Origin: a bacterium
GTDB taxonomy: Bacteria; CAYTYR01; UBA6262
Assembly: GCA_028712365.1 (NCBI GenBank)
Contig: JAQTQE010000003.1
Coordinates: forward strand, 20,173-84,172
Direction: 5' to 3'
DNA length: 64,000 bases
The translations under genes and the position numbers were made by a program. Under the pieces are notes generated by a model. The model made no database searches, was not told where the DNA came from, and saw only the letters and a program-made list of their open reading frames with translations. This document shows, piece by piece, positions 18,823 to 29,223 of this stretch (the stretch's first letter is position 1; each line of letters starts with the position of its first letter).

Positions 18823-20502
18823 ATGCTTCTCGATAATTTTGTCAAGGATAGTTTTAATTCCTTTGAAGAATTCGCGCAAAAGTTTAAAATTAACGTTCCA
18901 ACAGATTTTAATTTCGCTTTTGATGTAGTAGATGCCATTGCCGATAAAACTCCAGAGAAGAAAGCCCTGGTCTGGTGTAATGATATGGGCGCGGAAGCTT
19001 TATTTACCTTTGGAGATATAAAAAAATACAGCAACCAGGCGGCCATTTTTTTTAAATCCCTAGGGATCAAAAAAGGCGACCCGGTCATGCTCATACTTAA
19101 ACGCCGTTATGAATTCTGGTTTGCTTGTATAGCCCTGAATAAGATCGGAGCTGTTTGTATCCCAGCTACCCATTTATTAACCACTAAAGATATTATCTAT
19201 CGCAATAATGCCGCGGGAATTAAAATGATCGTTGCTGTGAACGAGCCGCTGGTGATCCAGCACATCAATGAAGCGCAGGCGCAATCCACTACGCTAAAAC
19301 ATAAAGCCTGTCTGGGAGAGGCTGGTGCCGGCTGGCTCAATTTCAATAAGGAAATTGAAAAAGCGGCCGGGACTTTCAGCCGGCCGCAAGGGAAAGAGGC
19401 AACAAGGAACGAAGATATGTTTTTGCTGTATTTTACTTCCGGGACTACCGGCATGCCTAAAATGGTCAGCCACAACCAATCTTACCCGCTGGGACATATC
19501 CTCACTGCTAAATATTGGCAAAATGTAGAAAATAATGGCTTGCACCTGACCGTGGCTGATACCGGGTGGGCCAAAGCAGCCTGGGGTAAGATCTACGGGC
19601 AATGGATCTGCGGAGCAGCAGTATTCGTGTATGATTATGATAAATTCATTCCCAAAAATATGCTGGAAGTCATCACGAAATATAAGCTAACCAGTTTTTG
19701 CGCGCCGCCTACTATTTTCCGTTATTTGATCAAAGAAGATCTGGCTAAATATGATTTTAGCCATTTACATTACTGTGCTGTGGCCGGCGAACCGCTTAAC
19801 CCGGAAGTCTATAGCCAATTCTTAAAAATGACCGGAATAAAACTCATGGAAGGTTACGGACAAACCGAGACTGTGGTCCAGGTAGCTACCTGGATCTGGG
19901 TAACCCCGAAGCCGGGATCAATGGGCAAACCAGCGCCAAACTGGGATATTGATATTGTTGATGACGCTGGAAAGCCTTGTGAGCCAGGCGAAGAAGGCCA
20001 AATCGTGATACGCACCAGCCAGGGCAAACCAGTAGGTATGTTTGACGGGTATTTTCGAGACCAGGCACTGACGGAAAAAGTATGGCATGATAACTTATAT
20101 TATACTGGTGATATGGCCTATAAAGATGAAGATGGTTATTACTGGTTCGTAGGCAGAGCGGATGACGTGATCAAAAGTTCCGGTTACCGCATTGGTCCGT
20201 TTGAAGTGGAAAGCGCTCTCCTCGAGCATCCGGCAGTAATGGAATGCGCTATTACAGCGGTCCCTGATGAAGAAAGAGGACAGATCGTCAAAGCCACTGT
20301 TGTCTTGACCAAAAATTACCAGGCTAGTGACCATTTAGCTAAAGAACTGCAAGAACATGTGAAAAAAGTTACTGCTCCATATAAATACCCGCGCATCATT
20401 GAATTTGTCACAGAATTGCCTAAAACTATCAGCGGCAAGATCAGGCGGATACAGATCAGGGAAACAGATAAGGACAAAATCCACACTGATTATACAGAAT
20501 AA
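18823..20502 (+). CDS. AMP-forming acyl-CoA synthetase / medium-chain acyl-CoA ligase
   Basis: AMP-binding motif [13 protein letters not shown]; GYGQTE; C-terminal SGK lysine. Confidence 0.8.
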   Translation: MLLDNFVKDSFNSFEEFAQKFKINVPTDFNFAFDVVDAIADKTPEKKALVWCNDMGAEALFTFGDIKKYSNQAAIFFKSLGIKKGDPVMLILKRRYEFWFACIALNKIGAVCIPATHLLTTKDIIYRNNAAGIKMIVAVNEPLVIQHINEAQAQSTTLKHKACLGEAGAGWLNFNKEIEKAAGTFSRPQGKEATRNEDMFLLYFTSGTTGMPKMVSHNQSYPLGHILTAKYWQNVENNGLHLTVADTGWAKAAWGKIYGQWICGAAVFVYDYDKFIPKNMLEVITKYKLTSFCAPPTIFRYLIKEDLAKYDFSHLHYCAVAGEPLNPEVYSQFLKMTGIKLMEGYGQTETVVQVATWIWVTPKPGSMGKPAPNWDIDIVDDAGKPCEPGEEGQIVIRTSQGKPVGMFDGYFRDQALTEKVWHDNLYYTGDMAYKDEDGYYWFVGRADDVIKSSGYRIGPFEVESALLEHPAVMECAITAVPDEERGQIVKATVVLTKNYQASDHLAKELQEHVKKVTAPYKYPRIIEFVTELPKTISGKIRRIQIRETDKDKIHTDYTE

Positions 20503-20511
20503 GGAGGATTT

Positions 20512-20859
20512 ATGAAGCGGTTATTATTAGCGGTAATGTTCGTTTCGCTCTATGCTAACTTTGCTTTAGCACATCCACCCACAGCCATTCAGGTGAAAGC
20601 CATTGATGCCACCCAAATAGAAGTGACTATTCTCCACGGGACCAAGAATCCTGACGTCCATCATATAGAAGAAATCATCATTTTTTTAAACGAGCAAAAA
20701 ATTATTGCGCAAAAATTCAGCACCCAACAAGATAGCGGCACACAAAAAGCAGTCTATAATTTACCCGAATTGGTCAAAATTCCTAAAGCTGTTATCAAAG
20801 TATATGCTGATTGCAATAAAGGCGGGGACATGACCAAAGAATTTGTCCTGGGGAAATAA
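20512..20859 (+). CDS. Secreted small protein with a superoxide-reductase-like (neelaredoxin-like) fold, lacking one canonical His ligand
   Basis: Signal peptide. AHPP, VHHIEEI and ADCNKGG align with the SOR HxP / HHIxWI / CNxHG motifs, but the His after the Cys is absent. Confidence 0.35.
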   Translation: MKRLLLAVMFVSLYANFALAHPPTAIQVKAIDATQIEVTILHGTKNPDVHHIEEIIIFLNEQKIIAQKFSTQQDSGTQKAVYNLPELVKIPKAVIKVYADCNKGGDMTKEFVLGK

Positions 20860-20871
20860 ATTATTCCGGAA

Positions 20872-21372
20872 TTAAGACCATAGGCCGATAATCCCGCCAA
20901 TAAGTGCCAGGGAGGACAGATAATAGCCCAGATCAATAAGATATGCGATCACTGATTTGCGTTCCCACAAGACACTGCCCAATAAGACCGGAACGACGAT
21001 TCCCAGCCACAACCAAAAACCTATTTTAACTCCATCACTAAATGATGTAGCATGCAACAAACATTCCAAATAAGCCAGTATATAGCTCATCAGCAGTGCC
21101 GCGCAAAATTGAAGAACATAATATTTACCCAGGCTTTTTTGTTTTGTTTGGGCCAGGTCTTCAGGAGATAGTCTGGAATATTTTTGCCATTCATTACCAA
21201 ACAAAAGCGGTGAATACCAAACCGCTCCAGTGAGCATAGCCATGATCGCAGCTAATAATACCAGTAAATAATTAATGTCTGCTTGCCACATTACCATCCT
21301 CCTTGTAAAAAATCTGCGACTTTTCTTACAATTTCCCCAATGCCCGGTCAGTTCTCTGCACCCCAGCGGCAT
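20872..21372 (-). CDS. Hypothetical integral membrane protein (4 TM segments)
   Basis: Hydrophobicity pattern only. Confidence 0.4.
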   Translation of the reverse strand: MPLGCRELTGHWGNCKKSRRFFTRRMVMWQADINYLLVLLAAIMAMLTGAVWYSPLLFGNEWQKYSRLSPEDLAQTKQKSLGKYYVLQFCAALLMSYILAYLECLLHATSFSDGVKIGFWLWLGIVVPVLLGSVLWERKSVIAYLIDLGYYLSSLALIGGIIGLWS

Positions 21373-22189
21373 TATTTTTTTCCTGGTATAACTGCTTGGC
21401 TTTACTTAGCATTTTTACGGCCTGCTTCTTTGCTCCTAAAAGGTTATGGGTCATACCAAGATTATAATAAACATCCGCGCTGTTAGGTTTCAATTCTAAA
21501 GCTTTCTGATAGGCGGCTAAAGCCCGCTCATGATCATTCATATTACGATAAGTATTACCCATATTATTATACGCGTTAAAATTATCAGACTTCAGATCGA
21601 TCGAAGACTGATAAGAAGCTAAAGCCGCGGAGTATTTACCCATAGCATTCTGACAATTACCTATCCCGTTATAGACCTGAAAATCATCCGGCTGGGTCGC
21701 CAGGACCTTTCTATAGGCTTCTTCTGCTTCAGCATACCGGCCCAAAGAATAATATGTATTACCCAAATTAAAATAGGCGTCAATATTCACGATCTTAGCT
21801 TTTATGACTTTTTTCAGGGCGGCGGCTTTTGCACTTGGCTCAGGCCTGGGCACTGGCCTGGTTTCCATCTGCCTGGCCGGGACCTTCTCCGCAACAGGTT
21901 CTATTTGCTTCTTCATGGTCAGGACCTTAATAGCTTCAACCTGCTTTATAATACCAGCCAGCTCGTCGGCCTCTTTTATTTTCCCTTTGTTCCGGAATAT
22001 TTTTTCCGCTTTGGCATAAGCTTCCGCAGACTCCGGCCACTGGTTTTGCGCCAGGTACTTATCTCCTTCAGCTATAAAAGTCCTGGCCTTTTTAATCTCT
22101 GCCGGCGACTCTGCGACATTATTTATAAAATAGATCGCATTAATAAAAAGCAAGATCACTAATAAACTAATAGCGATTTTCTCTTTCAT
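21326..22189 (-). CDS. Exported TPR-repeat protein
   Basis: Signal peptide and repeated TPR consensus (AxxYxxLGxxYxxxGxYxEAxxxYxKAL). Confidence 0.7.
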   Translation of the reverse strand: MKEKIAISLLVILLFINAIYFINNVAESPAEIKKARTFIAEGDKYLAQNQWPESAEAYAKAEKIFRNKGKIKEADELAGIIKQVEAIKVLTMKKQIEPVAEKVPARQMETRPVPRPEPSAKAAALKKVIKAKIVNIDAYFNLGNTYYSLGRYAEAEEAYRKVLATQPDDFQVYNGIGNCQNAMGKYSAALASYQSSIDLKSDNFNAYNNMGNTYRNMNDHERALAAYQKALELKPNSADVYYNLGMTHNLLGAKKQAVKMLSKAKQLYQEKNNAAGVQRTDRALGKL

Positions 22190-22199
22190 GGCGATCTCC

Positions 22200-24230
22200 T
22201 TATATCAAGTGCAAAATATTCAATGCCTGGTTAGCCAAACCTCCCACTACCACAGCCAGGGTAATGGTAAAAAGCGTAATAAAAGCAGCTGTTTTCCAGC
22301 CAAGCTCCTTGATCAATACCGAGATAGCGGCCAGACAAGGGATATATAGCGTGGTTACTAAACCAAAAATAAAGATCTGCTGTTTATTCATAAAATTAAG
22401 CAGGTTTTGGACATTCGGCCCATATTGGACAATAGCCAGCGCCAGCAAAAGCTGGAGCGCCAGTTCTTTCCTAAGAATACCGAATAACAAACAGATCCCA
22501 GCCACCGCCGGCAGACCCAACCAATTTTCAACGATTAGGCTCATCGGACGAGTCAGATACCATAAGTACTTGGTCTCATATAAACTCCCTAATAACAAAC
22601 TGCCTATGGCAATGATGGGTATCGCGATAATAATGAATTCTTTAAATCTGTACCAGGTCTTTTTTAATACCGTAGACAAGCGCGGGATCCTAAAAGGGAA
22701 CATTTCCATTACTAATCCTGATGACTGCCCCGGCAAAAATACGGCCAGAGCGCGTCCGACCAGTATACCAACCAGAAAATCGATCAAATAAATAGCTACC
22801 GCCCATTTCCATCCCGCAAAAAACGCAACTGCTCCCATAATGATAGCGGTTCTCGCGCTGCATGGCACCAAGGTGATCAGAGTACAGGCAATGATCTTTT
22901 CCCGGCGCGTGGTCAAAACCCTGGTTCCAAGGATAGCCGGGACATTGCAGCCTGCGCCGGCGATAATAGGGATAATCGATCGCCCATGCAGCCCGATCTT
23001 GTGCATCAAGCTGTCAGTAAGAAAAGCTATCGAATTTAAATAGCCGGTATCTTCAAGAAAAGCCAGCATTAGATAAAAGATCAGGATATACGGGATCCCT
23101 ACTGAAAGCGCGGCCTGGATCCCCGCGTCAAATCCCCAAAGCAGAGTATTGGCTATAGTATTATGACCAAAAATAGCAAAGATAAGAAACTTAATGTAGG
23201 GCGAAATAAACCGCACCCAGAGAGTATCGAACCCCGCTGATAAAAAGCCGCCACAATAATACATGATCAGGAATACCGCCACAAGACCAGCCAATAAAAT
23301 AGGCAATCCAGTAACAGGCTCTAGCGAAAAACGCCAAAGTTTAGTAGATAGAGACACTTGACAAACCCCTATCTGTTGCACCTTGTCGGCTAAAAATCCT
23401 TCATAGCCATGCCGCTCCCGGGATATTCTGATAGCTGGTTTTTCTCCATGAGTTCTTTCAATTTCCTCCAGTATGGCTTTGGCTTTGTCGTATACTGCCG
23501 GGCCGTGCAGGCTTGTGGTCAGATAATTCAGGAATTCTTCATCTTGCTCCAGGACAAGAATAGCCAGGGCTCTGGCGGATAAGCCAAAAGGGATCTGTTT
23601 CACATTCTGGCTGATTATCCCCTCAAGATCATTAATATGATCCATAATATCTTTGCCATAAACAGGCAAATTAGCTTTCATTTTTACATTCTGCTGAAAG
23701 ATGTTAATACAAGTTTCAATCAGTTTTTCTATACCCTCGCCGGTAGTCGCGGTCATGGGAATAACCGGCACACCCAAATACTCGCTAAGTTTGTCGGTAT
23801 TAACGCAAATATTATGTTTAGCGGCAAGATCCATTAAATTACAGGCCACCACTACCGGGAAACCAAGATCAATAAGCTGGAGAACTAAATATAAATTTCG
23901 TTCCAAGTTGGTAGCATCTACGATCACTACCACCACATTGGCATGACCCTCGAATATTTCCTGTCTGGCCACAAACTGGTCTTCAGAAACTGATCCCAAT
24001 GAATATGTGCCGGGCAGGTCTATGATACCCATATAAATATTCTGGTACTTTGCCATACCGACATTTAGGGCAACTGTTTTACCAGGATAGTTAGCAGTAA
24101 CCGCGCCTAGCCCTGTCAAATGATTAAAGACAGTTGATTTGCCCACATTAGGATTGCCCACCAGGGCAATAGTAAAGCTGGTTTCCTGTCTGATCTTTTG
24201 TATTTCTGACTCGTAATTATTCTTGTTCAT
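22200..24230 (-). CDS. feoB: Ferrous iron transporter FeoB
   Basis: N-terminal G-protein motifs (ALVGNPNVGKSTVFN, DLPG) and a C-terminal polytopic membrane domain. Confidence 0.9.
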   Translation of the reverse strand: MNKNNYESEIQKIRQETSFTIALVGNPNVGKSTVFNHLTGLGAVTANYPGKTVALNVGMAKYQNIYMGIIDLPGTYSLGSVSEDQFVARQEIFEGHANVVVVIVDATNLERNLYLVLQLIDLGFPVVVACNLMDLAAKHNICVNTDKLSEYLGVPVIPMTATTGEGIEKLIETCINIFQQNVKMKANLPVYGKDIMDHINDLEGIISQNVKQIPFGLSARALAILVLEQDEEFLNYLTTSLHGPAVYDKAKAILEEIERTHGEKPAIRISRERHGYEGFLADKVQQIGVCQVSLSTKLWRFSLEPVTGLPILLAGLVAVFLIMYYCGGFLSAGFDTLWVRFISPYIKFLIFAIFGHNTIANTLLWGFDAGIQAALSVGIPYILIFYLMLAFLEDTGYLNSIAFLTDSLMHKIGLHGRSIIPIIAGAGCNVPAILGTRVLTTRREKIIACTLITLVPCSARTAIIMGAVAFFAGWKWAVAIYLIDFLVGILVGRALAVFLPGQSSGLVMEMFPFRIPRLSTVLKKTWYRFKEFIIIAIPIIAIGSLLLGSLYETKYLWYLTRPMSLIVENWLGLPAVAGICLLFGILRKELALQLLLALAIVQYGPNVQNLLNFMNKQQIFIFGLVTTLYIPCLAAISVLIKELGWKTAAFITLFTITLAVVVGGLANQALNILHLI

Positions 24231-24879
24231 ATTTTTTCACCCAGATCGATTCGGCGATCTTTTTACCAAGAGCGTATGTTGCCTCACCGATCCTAACCAT
24301 GATCGGCCCGTCAAAAGGAGCTTTTTCTTCAATGCGTATTTTCATTTTAGGCATTAAGCCTAACGTAGCTAAATAACAAAGAAGTTTCGGGTCTTCATCT
24401 GTTATTTTCACTATTTTGGCTTTATCATTCTTTTGCAGGGTATTAAGTGGATATGACCGTTCTTCTTTAATATGACCTTTGGCATCAGGAAGAGGATTAC
24501 CGTGCGGACAGGTTTTAGGTTTTCCTAACACCTCATATAATTTATTACCGACCACTTTGGAGATACCATGTTCTATTTTATGGGCTTCTTCATGCACTTT
24601 TTCCCATTTTAGGCCTAGCTTATCAACCAAGAATCGCTCTGCCAGCCGGTGTCGCCTTACTACATCAACGGCAATATTTTTTCCTTTAAGCGTAAGAGCA
24701 ACACCTTTATATGGGGAATGTTTTACCAGCTCTTCCTTGGCCAGCTTTTTCAGGTTTTCAGAAACTGAGGCCGGGGAGATCTTGAGATGCTGGGCTATGT
24801 CCTGCGTGGTTGGTGTTTTTCCCTCTGATTCAAGGTGGAATATTGTTTCCAGGTAGTCTTCTTGGTTTTTTGTCGCCAT
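24217..24879 (-). CDS. DtxR/MntR-family metal-dependent repressor fused to a C-terminal FeoA (SH3-like) domain
   Basis: N-terminal EDYLETIFHL…TQDIAQHLKISPASVSE wHTH, the DtxR dimerisation region, and a C-terminal FeoA-like β-barrel. Overlaps feoB. Confidence 0.8.
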   Translation of the reverse strand: MATKNQEDYLETIFHLESEGKTPTTQDIAQHLKISPASVSENLKKLAKEELVKHSPYKGVALTLKGKNIAVDVVRRHRLAERFLVDKLGLKWEKVHEEAHKIEHGISKVVGNKLYEVLGKPKTCPHGNPLPDAKGHIKEERSYPLNTLQKNDKAKIVKITDEDPKLLCYLATLGLMPKMKIRIEEKAPFDGPIMVRIGEATYALGKKIAESIWVKKYEQE

Positions 24880-24900
24880 ATTAGGATTCCTTATGAAATA

Positions 24901-24914
24901 TTAGGTATACCTAA
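24901..24914. promoter_or_regulatory. DtxR-box-like perfect palindrome TTAGGTATACCTAA 22 bp upstream of the DtxR-FeoA gene
   Basis: Resembles the TTAGGTTAGCCTAACCTAA DtxR/IdeR operator half-sites (TTAGG…CCTAA). Confidence 0.45.
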
Positions 24915-24949
24915 ATATACCTATAACCCGGGATTCTGTCAAGCGAAAT

Positions 24950-24978
24950 AAAAACTCCCGTATTTAATACGGGAGTAG
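24950..24978 (-). terminator. Rho-independent terminator after the lipoprotein gene
   Basis: CTCCCGTATTTAATACGGGAG hairpin followed by a T-tract on the minus strand. Confidence 0.5.
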
Positions 24979-24999
24979 TAATCTTTAGTACCGTTAAAA

Positions 25000-25626
25000 T
25001 TATTCCGCTATTTTTTCAAACTCCAGTTTACTTAAAATGCTTTCCTTCAACTGCTTGGCAACATCCCGAAAAGCCTCGGACAATTCCGCTCCCGCGTCGC
25101 CGGCTTTAAAATTATATATATTATAAGTGTTAGTCGCTTCAGATGCTTCGGTAAATGATTTTAAGATTTTACCGGTCTTATTGTCTTTTATTTTTAAAGT
25201 TATCTCTGCTTCACCCTTAATAGTATAGGTAGGAGCACCAAAAAGCTGTAAAAGACTCAAGATTGGGATGAAGGATAACGGGCTAGGCGTAGCTTTCCAT
25301 TTAAACCTATTGATAGTGCCGCTGATCACCAGGTCATCTTCCGCTTTCTTGCGATTATGGATCTCGGTAAATATCTCTGAATCTTTAAAATCTTCCAGCA
25401 ACTTGGCTGTCACTTTTTCCGGAAGATCTTTAATGCTTTTAGTATTATCAACATCGTCCTTTGGCCGGTTGTCTTTTAACATAACCATGCCCACTGATTT
25501 GTCAATTTTATTATCAGAAGCGGATAAGGACGGCTGATATTGAAACGGCACATTCCCGTTCAAGCTGGCGCAGCCAGTTAAAAGCAAGATGCTTAATAGT
25601 ATCAGGTAAATCGCTTTTCTATTCAT
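25000..25626 (-). CDS. Lipoprotein of unknown function (start trimmed to the Met preceded by an AGGAGG RBS)
   Basis: Lipobox LLLTGC after a signal peptide; AGGAGGAGAGACAAATG RBS. Confidence 0.5.
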   Translation of the reverse strand: MNRKAIYLILLSILLLTGCASLNGNVPFQYQPSLSASDNKIDKSVGMVMLKDNRPKDDVDNTKSIKDLPEKVTAKLLEDFKDSEIFTEIHNRKKAEDDLVISGTINRFKWKATPSPLSFIPILSLLQLFGAPTYTIKGEAEITLKIKDNKTGKILKSFTEASEATNTYNIYNFKAGDAGAELSEAFRDVAKQLKESILSKLEFEKIAE

Positions 25627-25681
25627 TTGTCTCTCCTCCTTATTTGATACTTTACTGATAATAATACTTCGGATCATGATT

Positions 25682-26200
25682 TTAGGCAAGTTCTTTCCTC
25701 ATAAAATCCAGGAGCGCCTGCATGATCCTTGAAGGGCTGGGCGGACAGCCGGAGATATGCAATGCCACCGGCACAATCTCATTAATTTTCTTATCAATAT
25801 AATATGATCCTTTAAAGAGCCCCCCGTCCAAAGCGCAATCACCAACAGTTATGACAAATTTCGGCTCAGGCATGGCATCGTAAGTCTTTTTTAAGGCGAT
25901 CTCCATATTTTTAGATAACGGGCCGGTCACCATTAGGGCGTCAGCATGCCGTGGGGAGGCTACAAAATTAATACCAAATCTTTGCAGGTCATATATAGGA
26001 TTATTAACAGCCATAATCTCTGATTCACAAGCACCACAAGAGCCAGTATCCACTTCCCGGAGATGCAGGGACCGGCCAAATTTCCGGCGAATCTCTTTTT
26101 TAAGTTCCAAACCTATAGATTCAAGCGCGGCGGCTTGCTCCGGTTTTAATGACCGGGTCACTATTTTTTTTAATAATCTGGTTTTAATTATACTATACAT
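25682..26200 (-). CDS. Group-4 hydrogenase-type small subunit (NuoB/HycG/HyfI-like), [4Fe-4S] ligands retained
   Basis: CGAC (hydrogenase-type CxxC rather than complex-I CC), DCALDGG and GCPPSP motifs. Confidence 0.8.
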   Translation of the reverse strand: MYSIIKTRLLKKIVTRSLKPEQAAALESIGLELKKEIRRKFGRSLHLREVDTGSCGACESEIMAVNNPIYDLQRFGINFVASPRHADALMVTGPLSKNMEIALKKTYDAMPEPKFVITVGDCALDGGLFKGSYYIDKKINEIVPVALHISGCPPSPSRIMQALLDFMRKELA

Positions 26201-26211
26201 GGCAGTGTCCT

Positions 26212-27789
26212 CTAAAGATCATTCCCGGCATAAGATAAGTCAAAGCTTTTATTACAGAGCGGGAAATCAGGAATAATTTCTCCTATAACCGCGTAAGATA
26301 ATCCTGGCCAGTTATGAAAAGACGGATCTGTGATCTTACATCTTTCAATAATTCCGGCAGGATTAGTTTTTAGCCAGTAAAGCACAGGCCCTCTCCACCC
26401 TTCGCTATAACCCAAAGCCTTGCCGCTCACAGGATTGATCTTGCTGTCCTCTGTCTCGGCAGAGCTGATCTTGTTTAAAAATTCAGCGATCAGGCGTCCT
26501 GACTCATTAAATTCCTCTATTCTCACTTTTAACCTGGCCAGAACATCCCCGGCTCGGCCAGTGATAATTTTGTGCTTGGCTTCGTGATATAGGCTTGGAA
26601 AATGCTTGCGCAAGTCAATTTTTACGCCAGCAGCGCGGCCAGCCAGTCCCAGTACTCCCAAGTCCTCGGCTATTTCCATTTTTAGGGTGCCTGTGCCGTC
26701 AACTCTATCCACAAAAGAAACACTATTATCCAGAATTTCGACTAAAGCCGTAAAATCTTCCTTGATCTTGCTTAACGCGGCAGTTAATTCTTCTTGCTGT
26801 TCAGGATTCATCTCCAATGATATCCCACCCAGCTTATTCATTCCTTTTAGATACCTGCTGCCAGTGAGTTTTTCATTAGCCTGCAAGATAGATTCTTTAA
26901 TTATAGCGGCCAGGGCAGCCGGGAAACTAAAACCGACATCCAGGGCAATTCCACCTATATCATTGACATGATTATACATTCTTTCCAGTTCCAATACTAT
27001 TGCCCGGCAATAAGCTGTTTTTTTACCTATTGTTATACCAGCTATCTTTTCGGCAGCCAGGCTATAAGCCAAACTATGGGCAATAACTGAATCTCCAGAG
27101 ACACATTCGGCTAATAGCAACCCTGCGGCCAGGGATTTACCCTCAAATAGTTTTTCCACACCACGGTGGGTAAATCCTAACCTGGATTCAAGATGGATGA
27201 TCGGTTCGCCGGCAACACTAAACCGGAAATGCCCGGGGCCGATAATACCCGCGTGAACTGGTCCAACAGGTACTTCAAATATCCCCTCGCCTTCCACCCT
27301 GGCGAATTTGTAGTCTTTCTTTTCCCCGGCAATTATCTCCCGGAAATCTTTGCGTAACGGATAATTGCCAGTGGGCCAGACCTCGTCATGCAATCTCAGT
27401 CTTCTCAGGTCTGGATTACCTCTGGGCTCTAATCCGAACATCTCCCATATTTCCCTTTCAAAGAGATGAGCTGAATAAATATCCTTAGCCAGAGAATCAA
27501 AATAAGGATCAACCGAGGGGATATCCAAGCTAACCGCTACCCATTGCCCCTGCGGTATATTGAGAAAATAGCAATAAATAGTAAATTTAGCCTGCTTTTG
27601 CCGGTCATCTACAGCAAAGAACGCCATTACCGGGGAAGACAAGGATTCGTGCAAAACCAGGCATACCTTTCTAAAATCTTCCGCTTTGACCTGTATCACT
27701 ATCTCATCAGCATAAGGAATAGTAACAGCTATAGCTTTAAAGTTTGGCTGTTTATTATTTATAATGGTAATAAGATCTGTACCAGGCAT
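26212..27789 (-). CDS. Fused NuoC-NuoD / HycE-HyfG-like large subunit lacking the NiFe-binding cysteines (Ehr-like)
   Basis: The GPVHAGIIGPGHFRF…THRGVEKL…AECVSGDSVIAHSLAY block aligns gaplessly to ERVCGICSFAHSTAY, giving SxxS in place of CxxC. The C-terminus has …PLCNKSFD in place of DPCxSCxxR. Confidence 0.8.
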   Translation of the reverse strand: MPGTDLITIINNKQPNFKAIAVTIPYADEIVIQVKAEDFRKVCLVLHESLSSPVMAFFAVDDRQKQAKFTIYCYFLNIPQGQWVAVSLDIPSVDPYFDSLAKDIYSAHLFEREIWEMFGLEPRGNPDLRRLRLHDEVWPTGNYPLRKDFREIIAGEKKDYKFARVEGEGIFEVPVGPVHAGIIGPGHFRFSVAGEPIIHLESRLGFTHRGVEKLFEGKSLAAGLLLAECVSGDSVIAHSLAYSLAAEKIAGITIGKKTAYCRAIVLELERMYNHVNDIGGIALDVGFSFPAALAAIIKESILQANEKLTGSRYLKGMNKLGGISLEMNPEQQEELTAALSKIKEDFTALVEILDNSVSFVDRVDGTGTLKMEIAEDLGVLGLAGRAAGVKIDLRKHFPSLYHEAKHKIITGRAGDVLARLKVRIEEFNESGRLIAEFLNKISSAETEDSKINPVSGKALGYSEGWRGPVLYWLKTNPAGIIERCKITDPSFHNWPGLSYAVIGEIIPDFPLCNKSFDLSYAGNDL

Positions 27790-29216
27790 AACAAATCCTC
27801 TCTAAAATAGATCAGTGCCGGGCCGGTGGCACAAATCAAAATAAGCAAAAATGCAAAAGCTATTTTCCCGCTAAGTGGTTCTTTTTGCACCGTCATATTC
27901 TTAGGAAGATGGCCAAAAAGCATTTCACTGAAACGGTAAATAAAAGCTCCGAAAATGACCACTAAAAACAGTAATATGGCTCCAGCTACGACATAAGCGC
28001 CTTTATTAAAAGCTCCCATAATGATCAGGAATTCACTTATAAATATGGAGAATGGCGGGAACCCGGTCAAGGCGAACATCCCCAATAAAACAATAATCCC
28101 GGTATAAGGCAAAGCCTTGATCACTCCGCGTATACTATGCAGGTTATGAGTATTATAAGCTCTCACCATATTGCTGGCGCCAAAAAACATTAATGATTTG
28201 GTCACTGCGTGATTAAAAATGTGCAGCAAAGCTCCCAGGAATCCCCATGGTGTTCCCAAACCAAGACCAATGGCAATAATACCTATATGTTCGATACTGC
28301 TATACGCCAATAATCGTTTCAGGTCCTTTTGGATCAGGATAAAACAGCAGGAAATAGCCAACGAAACTATCCCCAACAAGAGCAGTAAATGTCCAAAATA
28401 GGCAAATCCCACGCTTTTAATCACTATAAATCCGAATCTAAGGATCGCATAAATAGCAGTTTTCAATAAAACCCCGGAGAGCAGCGCGCTCACCGGGCCA
28501 ACTGCCTGGCTGTGCGCATCAGGCAGCCAGTTATGCATAGGAGCCAAACCTGCTTTAGTCCCATATCCAACTAAAATAAAGATAAAAGCTATTTTAATGA
28601 CTTTTGGGTCCAGAGCACTGGCGGTAGAAACCGCTTCTGTCCAGTTCAGGCTCTTCATACATCCGGAAATAGAAAACGCATATGAAAACAAGATCGTGCC
28701 TAATAAGGCAAAAATGATCCCGGCTGAACAAATAATAATGTATTTCCAGGCCGCTTCTACTGATTTCTTAGTATTATAGAATCCGACCAAAAAAGCGGAA
28801 ACCAGGGTGGTCATTTCTATGGCCACCCACATCAAACCAAGGTTATTGACCAAAGGCACTAAAAACATAGAAAAGCAAAACAGGTTAAAAAGCAAATAGT
28901 ATGTCTTCGCTTTTTTCCCAGAGATGCTACCCTGCGCTATATCTTTATTGATATACCCGATGGAATAAAGAGCAGTAGCCAGAGCAACTACGGCAATGAC
29001 AAAAATAAAGTAAGCGCTTAGGGTGTCAGCCACTAAGAAATGATACGCTGTTACCAATCCATTATTAACAACTACTTCCCGCAACAGCAAAACGCTGGCG
29101 ATAAGCATGCCAAAATACCCCAGGACATTTACTATCCCGAAAGACCTGGCATCCCTGGCCAGGAAAATCCCGGCTGCCAGTAAAAGCGGTACACCCAACA
29201 GGAATATCAGTAGCAT
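27759..29216 (-). CDS. Antiporter-like membrane subunit (NuoN/NuoM / HyfF-HyfD-like)
   Basis: About 14 TM segments; conserved Mrp/NuoLMN-type motifs (WLPDAHSQAVGPVSALLSG). Confidence 0.75.
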   Translation of the reverse strand: MLLIFLLGVPLLLAAGIFLARDARSFGIVNVLGYFGMLIASVLLLREVVVNNGLVTAYHFLVADTLSAYFIFVIAVVALATALYSIGYINKDIAQGSISGKKAKTYYLLFNLFCFSMFLVPLVNNLGLMWVAIEMTTLVSAFLVGFYNTKKSVEAAWKYIIICSAGIIFALLGTILFSYAFSISGCMKSLNWTEAVSTASALDPKVIKIAFIFILVGYGTKAGLAPMHNWLPDAHSQAVGPVSALLSGVLLKTAIYAILRFGFIVIKSVGFAYFGHLLLLLGIVSLAISCCFILIQKDLKRLLAYSSIEHIGIIAIGLGLGTPWGFLGALLHIFNHAVTKSLMFFGASNMVRAYNTHNLHSIRGVIKALPYTGIIVLLGMFALTGFPPFSIFISEFLIIMGAFNKGAYVVAGAILLFLVVIFGAFIYRFSEMLFGHLPKNMTVQKEPLSGKIAFAFLLILICATGPALIYFREDLLCLVQILLPL

Positions 29217-29223
29217 CTATGTC

